Shown: positions 61,634-64,000 of the stretch, one piece after another | Numbering within the stretch: the first letter of the stretch is position 1 | How the letters are laid out: the number at the start of each line of letters is the position of its first letter | Virus record (IMG/VR): IMGVR_UViG_3300028610_001024 | Coordinates: 1 to 64,000 of that record | DNA from: a virus | DNA length: 64,000 nucleotides | Strand: one strand, 5' to 3' | Notes under the pieces: generated by a model | Told to the model about the DNA's origin: nothing | The model's database searches: none | Seen by the model: the letters and a program-made list of their open reading frames with translations, nothing else | Position numbers and translations under genes: made by a program

Positions 61634-62212
61634 ATGAGACATTTTGCGATTGTAATTCTTGTACTTTTCACCGGGTGCTCACCTTTAGTTTACGACCCTA
61701 TACCTACCACTTTAATCCACGGCTCCTTAGTAGCTTCTAATATTGAACCTGTACGGGTAACTACTATAGAGGAGGATGAAGCTATAAATGTCTTCGATAG
61801 GATTATTGAAGCTGAGGGGTTAGGTGTTGATACGCAGCGGACTGAGGGGGGAGAATTACCACCTAATGTTTTAACTCGCGCAGATTTTGCTAGACAAGAG
61901 GTTTCATGGTGTAGTGAGGAGGATACAGATGAATTCTGTGAAAATGAATTCAAAAATGCACTGTATCTATATGGTAAAGCCTTTTCTATAGAGGGTGGTT
62001 TTCTCTGTGATGGTATGACTAGGAAAGCATGTATGGATGAAGGTAGGTCTACAGGTTGGTTTCCTGGTACAGAGATTGTTACACTAACAAAAGCAGACCA
62101 ATTAGTTGAAAAAAAGATAAGTAAAGAGCATGAAAAAAATCAGGATCGAGGACGAAAAATTAGACTTGAGCGACGTCAAAGAGATAAAAGTAGGAGTAGG
62201 AGTAACCAATAG
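61634..62212 (+). CDS. Lipoprotein
   Basis: MRHFAIVILVLFTG-C lipobox. Confidence 0.7.
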   Translation: MRHFAIVILVLFTGCSPLVYDPIPTTLIHGSLVASNIEPVRVTTIEEDEAINVFDRIIEAEGLGVDTQRTEGGELPPNVLTRADFARQEVSWCSEEDTDEFCENEFKNALYLYGKAFSIEGGFLCDGMTRKACMDEGRSTGWFPGTEIVTLTKADQLVEKKISKEHEKNQDRGRKIRLERRQRDKSRSRSNQ

Positions 62213-62237
62213 GCTAGGACAAGTGAGGTTATAAGTA

Positions 62238-62807
62238 ATGAGTAGTGAGCCTAGTAAAGTTAGGGAGATGCCGGAGGTAGTGAAGAAGTGGATTGCCGCC
62301 GGTAGTCCCAGTATTGAGGAACTTCAACAAATGGTGGAGCAAATGAAGGGGGGACAACTCCCAGTTGAGTTATCTGAAACACGGTTACCTACTAATTACA
62401 GATTCTGGGGGATAGCTATTGGTGTTATTATGTTTTTTGCAGTTAGTGGTTATAAAATGGGGGGTAAAGATGTAGATACAGCTAGATCATTGAATATGTT
62501 AACGTTAAGAGTTGAAGCAGTAGCTAAAATAGTTGGACCTATTTCTACTGCATTAGATGGGGTTAGATTGGAAATAAGCGGTTTAAAGGATGAAGTGGTT
62601 AGATTGCAGCGTAGTCAAAGTGGGTATGATATAGAATTGGCACAGACTAGAACTGATATTGAGGCGTTAGAGAAAATACTTACTAATACTATAACCAATG
62701 GTGATAAGAGATCTATTGATTTGTTTAATAGCTTAAATAGTAAAGTTATAAGAAATGAGAATCATCTCAGTACCCTTAAAGGAAGATTCAATGCAGTACA
62801 TGAGTAA
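62238..62807 (+). CDS. Membrane-anchored coiled-coil protein (possible spanin/lysis)
   Basis: TM FWGIAIGVIMFFAV followed by heptad repeats. Confidence 0.5.
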   Translation: MSSEPSKVREMPEVVKKWIAAGSPSIEELQQMVEQMKGGQLPVELSETRLPTNYRFWGIAIGVIMFFAVSGYKMGGKDVDTARSLNMLTLRVEAVAKIVGPISTALDGVRLEISGLKDEVVRLQRSQSGYDIELAQTRTDIEALEKILTNTITNGDKRSIDLFNSLNSKVIRNENHLSTLKGRFNAVHE

Positions 62808-62832
62808 CACAAGTAACGAAAGGAGGTAGTAA

Positions 62833-62910
62833 ATGAGCATATACGAGACATCTAATCGTCGTGATGATGATGATGACGATGATGAACCCCCACCGACTCC
62901 AGCTACTTAA
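62833..62910 (+). CDS. 25-aa acidic micropeptide (not in ORF track)
   Basis: AAGGAGGT SD; MSIYETSNRRDDDDDDDEPPPTPAT. Confidence 0.5.
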   Translation: MSIYETSNRRDDDDDDDEPPPTPAT

Positions 62911-63020
62911 GGTTTTGATGTATTCGCGGGTATACTCTACCCGCATCTTTTTCCCTGGATATGTAGTTTTTTTATCCTTCACCCTGGAGTCACTTCTAAC
63001 CTTTTTAAAGGAAGTAACTC

Positions 63021-63929
63021 ATGTCCACAATTGGAAAAACTGAGCAACTCAGAGACGCACAGAGGGTTATAATTGATCCTTTAGGAGAAGACTTAGCTTT
63101 CGAGCTACGAGGAGAAGCTACTATAGGGCTTGTAGAACAGACACTATGGACAGCGAACGTAACAAAACATTGGAATTTAAATGCTGAATCGTTTTATATA
63201 GCATCAGATGAAGAAAATGATAAAGACGTGGAAATATCTCTAGTAGTATTAAGGGAAGGAGGTATTCAAGAGTCTTTATTTGTATTTACAGATGTAACTG
63301 ATGGTAGAACCCCTATACTACTTCCAGGGGGTAATATGTTAGCTATTCAGCATGGTATCGCACTGGGAGCTATAGAAGGTGATATATGGATAGGTAGAGA
63401 TGGGCCATCATTTAGTATGGGTGTACCCTCTAATGTTCCCGGTAATCCTATAGGTGGAGGAGAAGTAGAAGGTCATATAGCAAAGGATAAACTAGTTACA
63501 CGTCACCCATTTTTTACTATTCCACATAGGATTACTAACCACCATTATCAGGATAAATGGAGAGCCTTAGTAGTTAGAGGTCAACATTACTGCACTGAAA
63601 AGGTAGAGGTAGCTATTTATGCTTATCCTGCACTGATTACTAGTGGTAAACCCCGCTGGGAATTAGATAGACAGAGTTTTAGTGGGAATAGTACACCATT
63701 TGAGTTTTCTCCTGCAATAGGTGTAATTAGAGGTGAACCATATATATCTCCCGACTTGCGTGCTGGATTACTCTCGTCTCAAGGTGAAAATAGAATTTTT
63801 CTAGCAGGTAGTAGGTTTGAAGTGACAGGGATATCTAAGATGGGGGCTAATGTAAGTGTACAGAGTAGGGTGACCATTGCGTTAGTTAGAGATGGGACTG
63901 AGTTTCAAAGGGATTTATCCCCTCCGTAG
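63021..63929 (+). CDS. Hypothetical, probably structural, protein
   Basis: 302-aa ORF with AAGGA SD. Confidence 0.6.
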   Translation: MSTIGKTEQLRDAQRVIIDPLGEDLAFELRGEATIGLVEQTLWTANVTKHWNLNAESFYIASDEENDKDVEISLVVLREGGIQESLFVFTDVTDGRTPILLPGGNMLAIQHGIALGAIEGDIWIGRDGPSFSMGVPSNVPGNPIGGGEVEGHIAKDKLVTRHPFFTIPHRITNHHYQDKWRALVVRGQHYCTEKVEVAIYAYPALITSGKPRWELDRQSFSGNSTPFEFSPAIGVIRGEPYISPDLRAGLLSSQGENRIFLAGSRFEVTGISKMGANVSVQSRVTIALVRDGTEFQRDLSPP

Positions 63930-64000
63930 ACTGAAATCTGAGTGACGGGGGTGTCAAGTTTTTGTGAGTGAGTTGTAGTTAGATTTATATGAGTAGGGTT

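Larger units (their letters stand above)
1..64000 (+). mobile_element. Tailed dsDNA bacteriophage genome segment (siphovirus-like)
   Basis: Terminase-portal-scaffold-coat-tail-tape measure synteny, phage-type recombination genes, dense unidirectional small ORFs. Confidence 0.97.

Noticed and set aside
1827-62982. Minus-strand ORFs in the track
   Set aside because: Nearly all are shadows of + strand genes or RNAs and show no recognisable motifs
62861-63043. Poly-Met ORF
   Set aside because: Off-frame reading of the GAT repeat of the 62833 micropeptide
1-64000. Genome-wide stop-codon reassignment (TGA or TAG)
   Set aside because: Long genes are open in code 11, many end in TGA overlapping the next ATG, and TAG ends portal and tape measure genes; only isolated in-frame TGAs were seen

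Overview
A 64-kb segment of a tailed dsDNA phage (siphovirus-type) with essentially all real genes on the + strand. Order: (1) 0-10 kb replication/recombination genes (DinG/XPD-like SF2 helicase, PD-(D/E)XK nuclease, P-loop ATPase, ERCC4+HhH nuclease). (2) 10-32 kb C-rich early/accessory region of many small ORFs. Three copies of a ~160-170 bp cassette drive it, each with three ATYCA-N6-TGRAT boxes, conserved spacer elements and a sigma-54 (-24/-12) promoter; three further stand-alone sigma-54 consensus sites also occur. This region holds a ~360-nt structured RNA with RNase P RNA-like landmarks beside a NYN+cold-shock-domain RNase gene, a TGA-interrupted AcrIII-1/DUF1874 ring-nuclease homologue, a XerC/D dif-like site inside a repeat-rich non-coding block, and several smaller structured RNAs. 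(3) 32-39 kb moron/decay zone with an amidase endolysin. (4) 39-64 kb virion module: terminase, portal, scaffold, P22-like coat, FN3-bearing adaptor and tail tube, -1 frameshifted tail chaperone, 2065-aa tape measure, LamG hub, and fibre-like proteins with signal peptides. No integrase, DNA polymerase, canonical tRNA or CRISPR array was recognised. All assignments come from reading motifs by eye; no database search was run.
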